Notes: generated from the letters alone by a model not told the origin. 64,000 bases of DNA from Cyanobacteria bacterium auto_48_18 (GCA_036170915.1 JAVHQC010000015.1:64001-128000), one strand, 5' to 3'; numbered from the stretch's first letter, positions 1 through 10,727 are shown. Numbers and translations are program-made.

Positions 1-1198
1 GTTTTGCTTCTAATGGCAATTCGTCGAAGCTCGTGATTTTATAGGTTGGTGTTTTCCAGCCCGGGAAGACCTTGTAGACAGGTTCCATGCGTTTGAATTG
101 TGAGCCGATAGAAGGCAATTCTTTGTGAATGGTGCCATCTTTTTTGTCTTTGTAGGCGACGCATATTTTGATTTCGTCGAATTCGTCCATTACATCGAGC
201 TTTGTGATCGCCAGGCAATCCAGACCATTGATGCGCACGGCATAACGACCGATGACGGTATCAAACCAGCCGCAGCGTCTTGGGCGCCCGGTGGTCACGC
301 CAACTTCAGCCCATGGTTTGCCGGTTTGACGCAACATTTCGCCTTCGGCACCATCTTGTTCAGTAGGGAATGGACCTTCGCCCACTCTGGTCATGAATGC
401 TTTGGAGATGCCAATAACACGGTCGATAATGGTTGGTCCGATACCGGCTCCGATGCAGGCACCACCGGCGGTGGGGCTGGAGCTGGTGACGAATGGATAG
501 CTGCCATGATCTAGATCGAGCATGGTGCCTTGCGCGCCTTCAAACAAAATGTTCTTTTTGTTTTGTACGGCATTGAAAATAAGCTCTGAAGTATCGCAAA
601 CATATTTGCGCATTTGATCGCCGTACGATGCGTACTCTTCCAAAATTTCGTTAAGATCAAATGGTGGATGATTGTACATGCGCTCAAGCAGCACGTTTTT
701 GCGAGGCACCATCCACTCTAATTTTTCTTTCAAGACTTCTCTGTCGAGCAAGTCTTCCATGCGAATGCCTGAGCGTGCGCATTTGTCGGCGTAGGTTGGT
801 CCGATACCACGTTTGGTGGTGCCGATTTTATTATCGCCGCGGCTTTCTTCTTCAGCAGCATCGAGTGCCAGGTGATAAGGCATGGTGACGTGGGCTGAGG
901 CCGAGACTTTCAGTTTCGAATCATCGAGACCGCGCTCTGTCAGCGATTTCACTTCTTTAATGAATGCTTTGGGGTCAATAACCATGCCCGGTCCGAGCAC
1001 GCAGATTTTTCCCGGATAAAGAATCCCGGAAGGAATAAGGTGGAATTTGTAGGTTTCTTTACCTACAACCACTGTGTGACCGGCGTTGGCGCCGCCCTGA
1101 TATCTCACCACGATGTCGGCATTATTGGCTAAAAGGTCAGTGACTTTTGCCTTTCCTTCATCTCCAAATTGTGCTCCGACGACAACTACATTAGCCAA
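1..1198 (-). CDS. purA: Adenylosuccinate synthetase (runs off the window start)
   Basis: Manual translation from TTG at 1198: [56 protein letters not shown]; not in the ORF track because the stop is outside the window. Confidence 0.97.
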   Translation of the reverse strand, partial: MANVVVVGAQFGDEGKAKVTDLLANNADIVVRYQGGANAGHTVVVGKETYKFHLIPSGILYPGKICVLGPGMVIDPKAFIKEVKSLTERGLDDSKLKVSASAHVTMPYHLALDAAEEESRGDNKIGTTKRGIGPTYADKCARSGIRMEDLLDREVLKEKLEWMVPRKNVLLERMYNHPPFDLNEILEEYASYGDQMRKYVCDTSELIFNAVQNKKNILFEGAQGTMLDLDHGSYPFVTSSSPTAGGACIGAGIGPTIIDRVIGISKAFMTRVGEGPFPTEQDGAEGEMLRQTGKPWAEVGVTTGRPRRCGWFDTVIGRYAVRINGLDCLAITKLDVMDEFDEIKICVAYKDKKDGTIHKELPSIGSQFKRMEPVYKVFPGWKTPTYKITSFDELPLEAK

Positions 1199-1377
1199 GG
1201 TTCTTTTCTCTCCAGACGAGACCGATAATTAAGCCAAAATGCAGCAGGAGGTTGCTTTGCGTTTCGAACGTTTTGCCGGCCACCTTTGTTTAAGGCAATC
1301 AACTAAAACCTTCGATTTCCGCAAAAAGGCACAGGGACCTGATCTCAGTAGTCAGTATTTTCCCGCGCACGTTTTTT

Positions 1378-2493
1378 TTGACCCGAGATAGTGTAGGCGA
1401 CTCGCCAAGAGCTGTCAATTATTCGAAGCCAATAGACGATAATATTACTTACATGCAAATGCTCTTTACTCCTGAACTGATGGCAAGACAAACGGTGGCC
1501 GCTCGTTTGCTGGCCAGTGGCGTGGCTCAAGAAAAACTGGCCCATGCACTACTTTTGACCGGTCGCGCCCACGAAGACAAGTGGTTGATCGCCCGCCAGC
1601 TCACAGCTTTTCTTAATTGTAGTAAGGAAGACAAACTTCATCGCGGCGCCTGCCTGCTCAAGTGGCAAGAGACCTGTGTCGAAGAAGATGGCACTGCTGC
1701 TGCCGACCTCTCAGCGGCGGTCTTGAGCGATTTAGCTTTAGCCTGTCAGAATTGTCGCTGGCTCTTTCAAGATCAGCATCCGAAAGCCTGGATTGTGCTT
1801 TCGGCAGATGCCGGCAAGAGCGGCAAGATTCCCGTGGAGTCTGCAAGGCTGCTATCTGAAGAACTGGGCCGCACCTCCAACTATTTCCGCATAGTAGTAG
1901 TTGAAGAGGCTAAGGAAGCCGCTTTCCATCGGCCAGCCGCTAATGCTTTGTTAAAAACTATTGAAGAGCCCAAGTCACCTTCTTTGTTTCTCTTGTTTAG
2001 CCAGACTGCGGATGATGTACTGACGACTATTGTCAGTCGCTGTCAGGTCGTTCCTTTAAACAATCGCATTGCCGATAATGTCGGCCCTGTGGCCAAATTG
2101 GTCATTAGAGATAGCTTGCAAATTGCTGCCGGTTCGCTCAAAACCCAGGAAGTCAATCGAGAACTGGCATTGAAACTAGCTGAAATGCCGTTTTTGCAAA
2201 AAAACAAAGCCAATGCCAGGCATGCACTTAACCTTGCTTCATCGCTTCATCAGCTGCTTGATGAAGATTTCGAAGCTGATCAAATTATTGACGCATTAGT
2301 CAACCATGAGTTAAAAGCCCTTACTACGGCCAGTTTGACCGACTCACGCTCTACGGCATACTTGGCAAAACTGTTGAAAATCAGCGAAGATGCCAAGCGT
2401 CAGATTGATCAATATGTGTCAAAGAAGGCAGTTTGCGAATCTTTTGTTTTAACTTGGCACGATTTGAGGCAAAATTTTAATAGCAGGTTTTGA
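1378..2493 (+). CDS. holB: DNA polymerase III subunit delta' (start probably ATG 1453)
   Basis: HALLLTG, Cys cluster LNC..ACQNCR, AANALLKTIEEP, TIVSRCQ clamp-loader motifs. Confidence 0.88.
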   Translation: MTRDSVGDSPRAVNYSKPIDDNITYMQMLFTPELMARQTVAARLLASGVAQEKLAHALLLTGRAHEDKWLIARQLTAFLNCSKEDKLHRGACLLKWQETCVEEDGTAAADLSAAVLSDLALACQNCRWLFQDQHPKAWIVLSADAGKSGKIPVESARLLSEELGRTSNYFRIVVVEEAKEAAFHRPAANALLKTIEEPKSPSLFLLFSQTADDVLTTIVSRCQVVPLNNRIADNVGPVAKLVIRDSLQIAAGSLKTQEVNRELALKLAEMPFLQKNKANARHALNLASSLHQLLDEDFEADQIIDALVNHELKALTTASLTDSRSTAYLAKLLKISEDAKRQIDQYVSKKAVCESFVLTWHDLRQNFNSRF

Positions 2494-2515
2494 TAGCACA
2501 TAGATTGGGAAAATT

Positions 2516-3835
2516 TTGAGGCTTATGTTTAAGAAGAAGAAAGACGACGCTAGTAGAAAACCTGGTACTCCACAAACACCGGGACAGGCCTTGGGGCAAA
2601 ACCAGCCATCTACACCTGCACCGACGCCTACAACGACACCGACCCCTCCAATAATGTCTGAAAACAGCATTCCGCCAGGTGGTTTAGCGCCTCTGCCTGG
2701 GAGCATCACTGAGAGTGGACGAGTCCCAGGCGGTTTGAAAGCCTCGTTTTCCAATATGCCGGCTGCCGGTTCAGAGGCTGAGCAAGCGGCTCAAGCTGCT
2801 GGGGTGGGGAAAAATCAAAGCAAGACCAGTGTGCTTTTCGACCTGATTATCCCGGTGATAGTGGCGGCTGTTTGCTGCACTGGTTTTGCCTTTACTGTGA
2901 CGCAGGCTAAAGATAAGACCGGCGTTTATGGCCTTACCGCTGAACAACACGATCTTGAAATTCCTGCAAAAGGAAAAGAATTGGCCGAAGAGAGCGTAAT
3001 TGCCGAAATTAACAAATTGCCGCCCTTGAAATTGCTCTCTCAAGGTGAGGTACAACCAGCTCTGGAAGCCGCTAAAGCCCTGGTGGCGAAAAAACCTAAT
3101 GACGTCAAGTCGCTGATGGCGGCCGGTATGGTGATGGTAGAAGCTGGTAGCAAGGCCGATCGAGAAGCTGGTATCAAATATTGCCAGAAAGCTTTCGATC
3201 AGGCTAAGTTCAGCAAATACATTCGCCTGCTTTATGCTCGCGCGCTCACAGTTATGCGGCGCGACGAAGATGCTATTGCCGTATACGAAAAAATTATCGA
3301 GCTTTTCCCAGTAGCCTGGTCCGTGCCCCACAAAGAAATTGCCGTGCTTTACATGAGAACCAACAGCTCGGCTCTGGCGGTTAAAGAATTAGAAGCGCTA
3401 ATCAAGTCTGATAACTCAGATCCCGGCGCTCAAAGAGAACTCGGTTTAGCTCTGGCTCAAGATGGCAAGCAAGAAGAAGGATTTGAAGAGTTTCAAAAAG
3501 GATTCACCCGTGAGCAAGATCTGCTCGGCTATCCCTATGCCGTTAAAGGAATTGTGGAGGCGCACGCTGGTATCGTATCCAGTGCTTTGAAAGACACCGA
3601 AAAACGTTATGCTAAAAATCCTGACGACGTTGAGACCATGCTTACTTTGTCTCGACTCTATATAGCCAGCAATAAGTTCAAAGAAGCGCGCGAAGTGATG
3701 GAAAAGGCTATTAAGCTGAGAGAAAACGACCCAGACGTGCACGAAGTTATGTCAGAGGTTATGTGTCGCCAGAATCAATCGCAATCTGGCTACGACGAGT
3801 TTAGAGCTGCCGCTTCGCATTTGCACTTGAAATAA
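2516..3835 (+). CDS. Membrane-anchored TPR protein with Pro-rich N-terminus
   Basis: Pro/Thr-rich N-terminus, one hydrophobic segment (LIIPVIVAAVCCTGFAF), multiple TPR-like helical repeats. Confidence 0.75.
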   Translation: MRLMFKKKKDDASRKPGTPQTPGQALGQNQPSTPAPTPTTTPTPPIMSENSIPPGGLAPLPGSITESGRVPGGLKASFSNMPAAGSEAEQAAQAAGVGKNQSKTSVLFDLIIPVIVAAVCCTGFAFTVTQAKDKTGVYGLTAEQHDLEIPAKGKELAEESVIAEINKLPPLKLLSQGEVQPALEAAKALVAKKPNDVKSLMAAGMVMVEAGSKADREAGIKYCQKAFDQAKFSKYIRLLYARALTVMRRDEDAIAVYEKIIELFPVAWSVPHKEIAVLYMRTNSSALAVKELEALIKSDNSDPGAQRELGLALAQDGKQEEGFEEFQKGFTREQDLLGYPYAVKGIVEAHAGIVSSALKDTEKRYAKNPDDVETMLTLSRLYIASNKFKEAREVMEKAIKLRENDPDVHEVMSEVMCRQNQSQSGYDEFRAAASHLHLK

Positions 3836-3863
3836 GACTTGAAGATCAATAATCAAGATTCAG

Positions 3864-3899
3864 AAATCAATAAATCAATAAACCAATAAACCAATAAAC
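3864..3899. repeat. 8-bp tandem repeat AAA(T/C)CAAT x4.5
   Basis: aaatcaat-aaatcaat-aaaccaat-aaaccaat-aaac between convergent genes. Confidence 0.8.
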
Positions 3900-3911
3900 A
3901 GTAATCGATAA

Positions 3912-4916
3912 CTAATTACGTTCAGCTGTCTCTTTTTCTAACTGAGCCAGTTGTTCGTAAAGTACTTTTTCTTTGTCGCTAATTTTGGTCGGAATGGTAA
4001 TTTTGCAGCGCACTAGTTGATCGCCTTTGTGCACATCTCCGCTTGCACCGGCTGCAGCAACCGCCGGCAAACCCTTGCCTTTAAGCCGCAGTAGACGCCC
4101 GTTCTGACTGCCGGCCGGCACTCTAATTTTCACAGGGCCTTCAATTGTTGTAACAACTGCTTCCGAACCAATAACTGCTTGAGCTGGTGTCATTTCCAGT
4201 TCGCAAATAAGATTGTCACCGTCGATGGTGAAATAATTGTGCGGTTTAGCTTTAACTCGCAGGTAAAGGTCGCCTTTTTGTGCGCCACCATTGATAGTGG
4301 CACCTTCACCGGCAATTCTTACTTTTTTGCCTGGGCGAATTCCTGCTGGAATTTTCACTTCAATAGTCTTAGGTTTACCGCCAGGACTGCTTACTTGCAG
4401 CGTTCGGCGGGCACCCTGAGCCAGTTCTTCTACTGTTAGCTCAATATCGGCTTCTTGATCAAGGGTACGCCTCTTGCCACCACCAGCAGGGCCAGGTTGG
4501 GGGCGTCCTTGCTGCCCAGGAGCTGGGCCACCACCCTGCGCACCGCTGCCAAAAGTTTGGCCGAAAAGACTATCGAAGAAATCAGAAAAGGCGCTATTGC
4601 CGCGCAAATCACCAAAATTACCAAATTCAAAGCCGAAGCCACCGTCATTGGCACCACTGGGCTGGGGCGGCGGTCTGAAGTTATCGCCGGCTTTCCAGTC
4701 GGCTCCTAGAGTGTCGTAACGCTTGCGTTTATCTGGATCTTTTAAAACTTCGTAAGCTTCAATCAGTTCTTTGAATTTTTCTTCGGCCGTAGGATCATTT
4801 TTATTAGCGTCGGGGTGTGTTTTTCGCGCCAATTTACGATAGGCGGCCTTGATATCAGCGGCGCTCGCTTTTCTATCAACGCCTAGAATGTCGTAATAGT
4901 CCTTGAACTTGACCAA
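3912..4916 (-). CDS. DnaJ-class co-chaperone (CbpA-like, no zinc finger)
   Basis: J-domain [21 protein letters not shown]-rich linker, DnaJ C-terminal domain GDLYL. Confidence 0.93.
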   Translation of the reverse strand: MVKFKDYYDILGVDRKASAADIKAAYRKLARKTHPDANKNDPTAEEKFKELIEAYEVLKDPDKRKRYDTLGADWKAGDNFRPPPQPSGANDGGFGFEFGNFGDLRGNSAFSDFFDSLFGQTFGSGAQGGGPAPGQQGRPQPGPAGGGKRRTLDQEADIELTVEELAQGARRTLQVSSPGGKPKTIEVKIPAGIRPGKKVRIAGEGATINGGAQKGDLYLRVKAKPHNYFTIDGDNLICELEMTPAQAVIGSEAVVTTIEGPVKIRVPAGSQNGRLLRLKGKGLPAVAAAGASGDVHKGDQLVRCKITIPTKISDKEKVLYEQLAQLEKETAERN

Positions 4917-4925
4917 GTGTTCTCT

Positions 4926-5552
4926 CTAAACCGAAATAATTGGGTAGCTGTGACACACTATTATAGCGATCAAGGCTGCTAAATCACGCGACCTGCTGTC
5001 CATAGAAATTGCCTCTGAGTGTTCGACCGCTCTGTGTGCAACGGTACGCACGGTGGCAGGCACTCCTATCAATGGAATGCCGCCGATCCATGGCACCAGG
5101 CCGAGACTGATGAATGGGCCGACATTGAAACTAGTGCGAATCGTGTACTCGTAGATTTTGTTGTTAGGGTCATATGAACCAGTCTTGGGTGTATTGGGTC
5201 CATATTCAACGATAGCTTTTGTGTTGACATCGGTCTCGGTAATGAAAACATTGACTCCGCATCCATTGAGGCCACCCACCGGTGCGAGTCTGGCAAACTG
5301 TCCCATACCGGAAGCTGTGACGGCGTTCGCTTTGGTCTGCACCTTGGTCAGGGCGTCAGGATACGAGCCGGCGTTGGCAGCGTCCACAGCGCACTGTGTG
5401 CCTAGCAAAGCCACGTTGGCGTAACCCATGCCGAAACTGAGAAGGTTGATTAGGGGCAAAGCGATGATAAATAGAAAAATGAAAAGGGCCGGTACAAATT
5501 CGGCCAGTCCCATGCCTCGCTTCCGTCCTGATAAAAGTCTGCACCGAAGCAT
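4926..5552 (-). CDS. TadE-like pseudopilin
   Basis: RKRG|MGLAEF prepilin-like motif (G-1, E+5) followed by a hydrophobic helix. Confidence 0.65.
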   Translation of the reverse strand: MLRCRLLSGRKRGMGLAEFVPALFIFLFIIALPLINLLSFGMGYANVALLGTQCAVDAANAGSYPDALTKVQTKANAVTASGMGQFARLAPVGGLNGCGVNVFITETDVNTKAIVEYGPNTPKTGSYDPNNKIYEYTIRTSFNVGPFISLGLVPWIGGIPLIGVPATVRTVAHRAVEHSEAISMDSRSRDLAALIAIIVCHSYPIISV

Positions 5553-5805
5553 CGAACCCCTCCTTACTTAAATCTGAAATTAAAGGCCCCCATACTCTCT
5601 ACCCCAAAATCACCATTCTCAAGCGGCGGCGAGCTGGACAGCTCAACAGTAAAATTGACATCACCCCTGGTGGCGTGGCGAAAACTGCAGTGTGATAGCA
5701 GTTTGTTTGCGCTGTGATAGAAGATTGATAAGGGTTTGGCTTTGTCTGGGTGGGGAATAAATTAAATGAGATCCAGAAACTTTCTCTGACGGTGGTAAGT
5801 AGCCT

Positions 5806-6294
5806 GTGTTTATGACTTTGGCGGCTGGACGGACGCGTTACGGCAAAAGACGGCGTGGGCAATCGCTAGTCGAGCTCTGTTGCGGCATTATGGTTTTAGT
5901 GCCGATTGTCTTGGTGCTGTTTGATTTGACCGTTATCGTTCTTGGTGTTCAGCTCAATGACTCCACCTGTCGTGAAGCGGCCCGGGTAGCTTCACTTGGA
6001 GATCCGACCACCTGTACTATCAGGGCCCAGGCTGTCATTAACCGTGCTAATACCAGCGGCAGCTCAATGCTCAGTAACTTCGTTCTCGTTCAATGCAACA
6101 GCACAGTTTCAGCCGGCGATATTACCGCCATGCAACCGTACGGTGGCCCCATCAGCGGCACTGTGTCGGTGGTTACCGAAGTCGATATCAGGCCTTTCGT
6201 AGTTCAATACGTCTATCAAGGCACGAGCCCTCTGAAATTCAGATCGTCCCAGTCCTATCCGTTTACCTATGTCGTTCCAAATACGGCCAGTTAG
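5806..6294 (+). CDS. TadE-like pseudopilin
   Basis: RRRG|QSLVEL, hydrophobic helix, CREAARVAS typical of TadE family. Confidence 0.8.
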   Translation: MFMTLAAGRTRYGKRRRGQSLVELCCGIMVLVPIVLVLFDLTVIVLGVQLNDSTCREAARVASLGDPTTCTIRAQAVINRANTSGSSMLSNFVLVQCNSTVSAGDITAMQPYGGPISGTVSVVTEVDIRPFVVQYVYQGTSPLKFRSSQSYPFTYVVPNTAS

Positions 6295-6335
6295 TCAGGG
6301 CGCCAATAGCAAGTTCAAAATGAAATTCAAAATAC

Positions 6336-6365
6336 AAAAAGGGTAACGCCAAGCGTTACCCTTTT
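6336..6365. terminator. Bidirectional intrinsic terminator
   Basis: AAAAA-GGGTAACGC-caa-GCGTTACCC-TTTT between convergent tadE-like gene and rplA. Confidence 0.85.
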
Positions 6366-6397
6366 AATTGATTTGGTTTTGAACCAAGTGTTTAAGC

Positions 6398-7129
6398 TCA
6401 GGCTTTGATAGCTGCTGGAGCTTTAGCCAGATCTTGCAAAGCGCTGATGTCCATTCTGATGCTTGGGCCCATGGTGGTGCTCAAGTAAACAGTTTTCATG
6501 TAAGCGCCCTTAACGGATGGCGGTTTGATTTTTTGAATTTGATCAACCACTGCAGCCAGGTTTTGCAACAAGCGGCTGTCATCAAACGAAAGTTTGCCGA
6601 TTGCCATTTGCACAACGCCGCCGTCTTTTTCAGCACGGAAAGAAACTTTACCGGCTTTGAGATCCTTAACAGTCTTGCCGACATCAAAAGTCACTGTGCC
6701 ATCTTTCGGGTTAGGCATAAGACCTTTGGGTCCAAGGATTTTACCCATTTTTGAAAGCATGGCCATGGCATCTGGAGTGGCTACTAGTTTGTCGAAATCA
6801 AGCATGCCTTCGCCAATTTGAGCAACCAGTTCATCAGATCCGACAATGTCGGCGCCGGCGTCTTTCGCTTCTTGCACTTTCTCGCCTTTGGCGACTACTG
6901 CAACGCGAACTGTTTTACCGGTACCACCAGGCAATTGCACTGTGCTGCGAATTTGCTGGTCATTCAGCTTAGGATTAACTCCCAGTCTGAAGTGCACTTC
7001 AACTGTAGGATCGAACTTCACTGACTTTTCAGCTTTCAACAATTTGAGCGCTTCTTCTGCTGTGTGGGCAGTATTGTGCTCTGTGTAGAATTTGCCTAAA
7101 GTCTCTTGTCTTTTTGTTAGCGTAGCCAT
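6398..7129 (-). CDS. rplA: 50S ribosomal protein L1
   Basis: [39 protein letters not shown]. Confidence 0.98.
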   Translation of the reverse strand: MATLTKRQETLGKFYTEHNTAHTAEEALKLLKAEKSVKFDPTVEVHFRLGVNPKLNDQQIRSTVQLPGGTGKTVRVAVVAKGEKVQEAKDAGADIVGSDELVAQIGEGMLDFDKLVATPDAMAMLSKMGKILGPKGLMPNPKDGTVTFDVGKTVKDLKAGKVSFRAEKDGGVVQMAIGKLSFDDSRLLQNLAAVVDQIQKIKPPSVKGAYMKTVYLSTTMGPSIRMDISALQDLAKAPAAIKA

Positions 7130-7169
7130 TTGCGACTTCCCTTGACTCTTGTTCTTAATTACTGAGTAT

Positions 7170-7592
7170 TTAGTCGACGACTAAAATGCCCATGTTTCTT
7201 GCGGTGCCCACAATCATTTTCTCAGCTGCTTCAATGGTGACAGCGTTGAGGTCGGGCATTTTGATCTTGGCGATTTCGGTGACTTTTGCCTTGGTCAAGC
7301 TGCCAACTTTTGTTTTGTTGGGAGCTGCGGAGCCTTTCTCCACATTGGCTGCCTTCTTAATCAGTTCGGCAGACGGAGGTGTTTTCAACACGAAAGTGAA
7401 AGAACGATCCTCGTAGACGGTTATTTCTACTGGGATGATTGTTCCAGCTTTGTCCTGAGTCTTAGCGTTGTATTCTTTGCAAAATTGCATGATGTTAACG
7501 CCGTGTTGACCCAGTGCAGGACCAATGGGCGGTGCTGGATTGGCTTTCCCAGCGGTAATTTGCAATTTGATTTTTCCAACAGCCTTTTTCAC
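7170..7592 (-). CDS. rplK: 50S ribosomal protein L11
   Basis: [30 protein letters not shown]. Confidence 0.99.
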   Translation of the reverse strand: MKKAVGKIKLQITAGKANPAPPIGPALGQHGVNIMQFCKEYNAKTQDKAGTIIPVEITVYEDRSFTFVLKTPPSAELIKKAANVEKGSAAPNKTKVGSLTKAKVTEIAKIKMPDLNAVTIEAAEKMIVGTARNMGILVVD

Positions 7593-7710
7593 GGTTTTCT
7601 CGGTCCTATTCTAATTAAGGTGGTTAGCGCCGGTCTCTTGAAGAGGCCGTTTCGATGGAAATGCGCGAAATATCGATCATATGGTAGATGGGAGCGTTAG
7701 TCCATCACAT

Positions 7711-8271
7711 TTACACTTTTATAACCTGGTTGAACTCCAGTTCTACTGGTGTGGCCCGGCCGAAGATGATGACAGAGGCCTTGATTCGCTCTCTTTCAAG
7801 GTTGACTTCTGTAACCTCTCCTGTAAAGTCTGCAAACGGTCCGCCTGTGATGCGTACGTAGTCGCCGACCTTGACGTCGATGGCGGCAGGTTTCTTGCCT
7901 TTGAGGCCGGTCATGGCCATTTGACGTCTCAAAATTTTGCGCATTTCAGCGTCTTGAACAGGCGTTGGTTTCTTTCCAGCGCCCACATATTTCGTTACAC
8001 CAGGAGCTTCACGAACTACACGCCAGGAGTCGTCGTCAAGGATCATTTCGACAAAAACGTAACCGGGATATTCGCGTTCACGCTTTTCGATGCGCTTGCC
8101 GTCTTTGACTTTCGTCACCATTTTTTCAGGCACGATTACGCCGAAGATGCGGTCTTGAGCGCCCATAGTAACGATGCGCTTTTCGATGTGCTCCTTCACT
8201 TTATTTTCGTGACCGGAGGCCGTCTGCACTGCGAACCAGCGTCTTTGCCCGTCTGTCTTTATGAAAGCCAT
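7711..8271 (-). CDS. nusG: Transcription termination/antitermination factor NusG
   Basis: WFAVQTASGHENKV, YPGYVFVEM, KOW motif, IFGRATPVELEF; start placed at ATG 8271 to avoid overlap with secE. Confidence 0.97.
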   Translation of the reverse strand: MAFIKTDGQRRWFAVQTASGHENKVKEHIEKRIVTMGAQDRIFGVIVPEKMVTKVKDGKRIEKREREYPGYVFVEMILDDDSWRVVREAPGVTKYVGAGKKPTPVQDAEMRKILRRQMAMTGLKGKKPAAIDVKVGDYVRITGGPFADFTGEVTEVNLERERIKASVIIFGRATPVELEFNQVIKV

Positions 8272-8287
8272 TTTGCCATCCCTATTG

Positions 8288-8614
8288 TCAGTGGCCCACG
8301 CCGGCGCCAAGCATTTTTGCCCAGTGATCAAGTGGTCCGAAGATCAGGTTGCCCAGCACCCAGTCGATGCCAAGCACAATCAAAGTTATTGCCGTTACCA
8401 GGAATAAAACACTCCTGGTCTCGCGCAATACTTGCTTACGATCGGGCCATGTAATCTTGCGATGCTCGATGGCAACTTCTTTAAGGAATTGACCCACACC
8501 TGTTACCAGAGAGTGTTTCTTGTCTTCTTGCTTTTCAGGTTGAGTGGTAGACACGGATTGCTCCTGCGTTTTGACCGCTTGGCCCGTCGAGCTGTCCTTT
8601 TCCTTATTTGCCAT
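8288..8614 (-). CDS. secE: Preprotein translocase subunit SecE
   Basis: FLKEVAIEHRKITWPDRKQ plus single TM; position between tRNA-Trp and nusG. Confidence 0.93.
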   Translation of the reverse strand: MANKEKDSSTGQAVKTQEQSVSTTQPEKQEDKKHSLVTGVGQFLKEVAIEHRKITWPDRKQVLRETRSVLFLVTAITLIVLGIDWVLGNLIFGPLDHWAKMLGAGVGH

Positions 8615-8646
8615 CTATATCAAGCCGGCTCCGCTTATATTGAATT

Positions 8647-8717
8647 CGCGCCCTGAAGGAGTCGAACCCTCAACAAAGGTTTTGGAGACCTTCGTTTTAC
8701 CATTAAACTAAGGGCGC
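8647..8717 (-). tRNA. trnW: tRNA-Trp (CCA); 3' CCA not encoded
   Basis: GCGCCCT acceptor stem, D-arm AGTTTAATGGTAAAAC, anticodon loop CT-CCA-AA, T-loop GGTTCGACTCC. Confidence 0.96.
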
Positions 8718-8770
8718 GTGGGTGGCCGATAACGGCCGTGCAGCGAATTTAGTAGAACAAAGCGCGAGCT

Positions 8771-8938
8771 TTATTTTTTAGTTTCTTTGTGTTCAACGTG
8801 CTTGCGACAGAATTTGCAATATTTTTCCAAATTCAATCTTTCCGGATCATTCTTCTTATTTTTCATGGTTGTGTAGTTGCGTCTTTTGCAAGTTCCACAA
8901 GCCAGTGTGATGATGATACGGTCGTCTTTCTTGGCCAT
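8771..8938 (-). CDS. rpmG: 50S ribosomal protein L33, Zn-binding form (55 aa, below ORF-track cutoff)
   Basis: Manual translation [62 protein letters not shown]; canonical position before trnW-secE. Confidence 0.97.
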   Translation of the reverse strand: MAKKDDRIIITLACGTCKRRNYTTMKNKKNDPERLNLEKYCKFCRKHVEHKETKK

Positions 8939-9022
8939 GACAAATACTCCAAACTTGTTTGAGAGATTTCAGTCTCTAAAACAAGACAGAAAAAAGAAGC
9001 CTCCTCGGAGGCGTCAATGGAG

Positions 9023-9052
9023 AGTATATCCAAGAGTTAGAAAAACTGTCAA
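9023..9052 (-). promoter_or_regulatory. Sigma70-type promoter of rpmG operon
   Basis: TTGACA-N18-TATACT on minus strand ~85 nt upstream of rpmG. Confidence 0.6.
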
Positions 9053-9071
9053 TAAAGCTAAAATAAAGGCG

Positions 9072-10727
9072 ATGAGAAATATTGGCGATGACAGGTATTT
9101 AATTTCGGCGTTCGCCAAGAGGCTCGGGCACTGCTTTTTAGCAATGCTGCTATTGATAAGTGTTCTTTCACTTTCGGCCTGCACCCGCCCCAGAAGCCGC
9201 TTTGAGACAGGTGTGCTGCGTGTCAACTTAGGCACGGAACCCCCTGGTCTTGACTGGCATACTGCTACTGATTCCACATCCTTTGATGTGGTTTCCAATC
9301 TCATGGTCGGCCTTACCCAGTACACCAATAAGCTTACCTGCGCCCCTTCCTGCGCTAAAAGCTGGGAAATTCTTGATGGTGGCAGGCGTTATGTTTTCCA
9401 CTTAAGAGACGATTTGCGCTGGACTGATGGAAAACCCGTCACAGCCTACGATTTCGAATACGCATGGAAACGCCTGCTCAATCCTGTCACCGCCGCTCAA
9501 TACGCATTCTTTCTTTACGATGTGGTCAATGCCCGAGAATACAACACCGGTAAATTGAAAAGCGCAGATACTCTTGGCATCAAAGCGGTCGATGATCACA
9601 CTTTTGAAGTGCGTCTGCGCAAACCGGCCGCGTACTTTATATATCTCACTGCATTTTGCGTCAGCTTCCCCATGCGCAAAGATGTGGTGGAAAAGTGGGG
9701 CGATCGCTGGACGGAGCCTGAACATTTTGTCACTAACGGTCCGTTCAAGCTGACCAAATGGCAACACGAATACAAAATGGAACTGGCCGCCAACGAGAGT
9801 TATTTTGACCGTGTGCCCCAGGTCAAGCTAATCAAAATGTTTATGGTGCCGGAAGCGTCTACTGCTTTTGCCCTGTACGAAAACGATGAGCTCGACTTCA
9901 TCGACAACCGCAGCTTTGCTACTCCTGATGTAGAACGTTATCGAAATTCGCCTGAGTATAAAAACTTTCCCCTGCTGCGCGCCAACTATTTAGCTTTCAA
10001 CGTCAGTAAAAAACCTTTTACCGATGTACGCATCAGAAAGGCCGTGGCAATGGCTATTGACCGCTCTATTTTTCCACGCATTTTAAGACGCGGAGAACGT
10101 CCTGCCACCAGTTGGATACCACCGGCGCTACCAGGTTATTCACCTGATTCTGGTACAAAATTCGACCCTGCCGCTGCTCGCGCTTTGCTGGCCGAAGCCG
10201 GATACCCGGGCGGAAAAGGTCTACCCAAAGCCGAATTGCTGTATCCGAACCGCGATGATGTGCGCTTAACGGTTGAAGCCACTCAAGATCAATTGAAACG
10301 CAATTTAGGCATGGAAATAGAACTGGTTAATCAGGAATGGAAAGTTTATTTGGCCACTGTGCGCAAAGACGCGCCGCCAATGTTTCGCAATTCATGGGGA
10401 GCCGATTTTCCCGACCCCGAAACTTTCATGAATTTGTTCACTAAAGATTGCGGCAACAACGACACTAAATGGTCTGATCCGCGTTACGATGCCTTAATCG
10501 AAGCCGCTCAAGGTGAGCTCAACGCAGCCAAGCGAGCCGATCTTTATCGTCAGGCCGACGTAATGCTTTGTCGCGAGGCGGTGCCGATCGTGCCGACATT
10601 TTTAGCCACGCAGAATATCATGATCAAACCATGGGTGACCGGAATTGCCATCAATCCGCTCGATTTGCAGTTCTTTAAAGATGTTGTGGTGAGCGACTCT
10701 CAAGCCAATCAAAGAGAAACAAGATGA
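9072..10727 (+). CDS. oppA: Oligopeptide ABC transporter substrate-binding lipoprotein (start uncertain; ORF-track start 8877 overlaps rpmG)
   Basis: Lipobox LSA|C, family-5 SBP motifs FHLRDDLRWTDGKPVTAYDF, NGPFKL, WGADFPDP. Confidence 0.9.
   Translation: MRNIGDDRYLISAFAKRLGHCFLAMLLLISVLSLSACTRPRSRFETGVLRVNLGTEPPGLDWHTATDSTSFDVVSNLMVGLTQYTNKLTCAPSCAKSWEILDGGRRYVFHLRDDLRWTDGKPVTAYDFEYAWKRLLNPVTAAQYAFFLYDVVNAREYNTGKLKSADTLGIKAVDDHTFEVRLRKPAAYFIYLTAFCVSFPMRKDVVEKWGDRWTEPEHFVTNGPFKLTKWQHEYKMELAANESYFDRVPQVKLIKMFMVPEASTAFALYENDELDFIDNRSFATPDVERYRNSPEYKNFPLLRANYLAFNVSKKPFTDVRIRKAVAMAIDRSIFPRILRRGERPATSWIPPALPGYSPDSGTKFDPAAARALLAEAGYPGGKGLPKAELLYPNRDDVRLTVEATQDQLKRNLGMEIELVNQEWKVYLATVRKDAPPMFRNSWGADFPDPETFMNLFTKDCGNNDTKWSDPRYDALIEAAQGELNAAKRADLYRQADVMLCREAVPIVPTFLATQNIMIKPWVTGIAINPLDLQFFKDVVVSDSQANQRETR

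Noticed and set aside
1254..1277. GGCAAAAC..GAAA..CGCAAAGC upstream of purA resembling a c-di-GMP-I (GEMM) riboswitch
   Set aside because: The 3' half of P2 and a recognisable P3 are missing; likely coincidence unless a covariance model scores it
7593..7710. Hairpin GGCCTCTTCAAGAGACC in the rplK leader as an L1 autoregulatory site
   Set aside because: Plausible position, but I could not identify the GGAG-containing internal loop needed to support the call
7681..8454. 257-aa plus-strand ORF, and similar long antisense ORFs such as 16054..16935 and 125..514
   Set aside because: Shadow frames of nusG/secE, the kinase and purA; no motifs of their own
8877..9071. Long N-terminal extension of OppA in the ORF track
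   Set aside because: Overlaps rpmG and its promoter on the opposite strand; the lipobox indicates a later start
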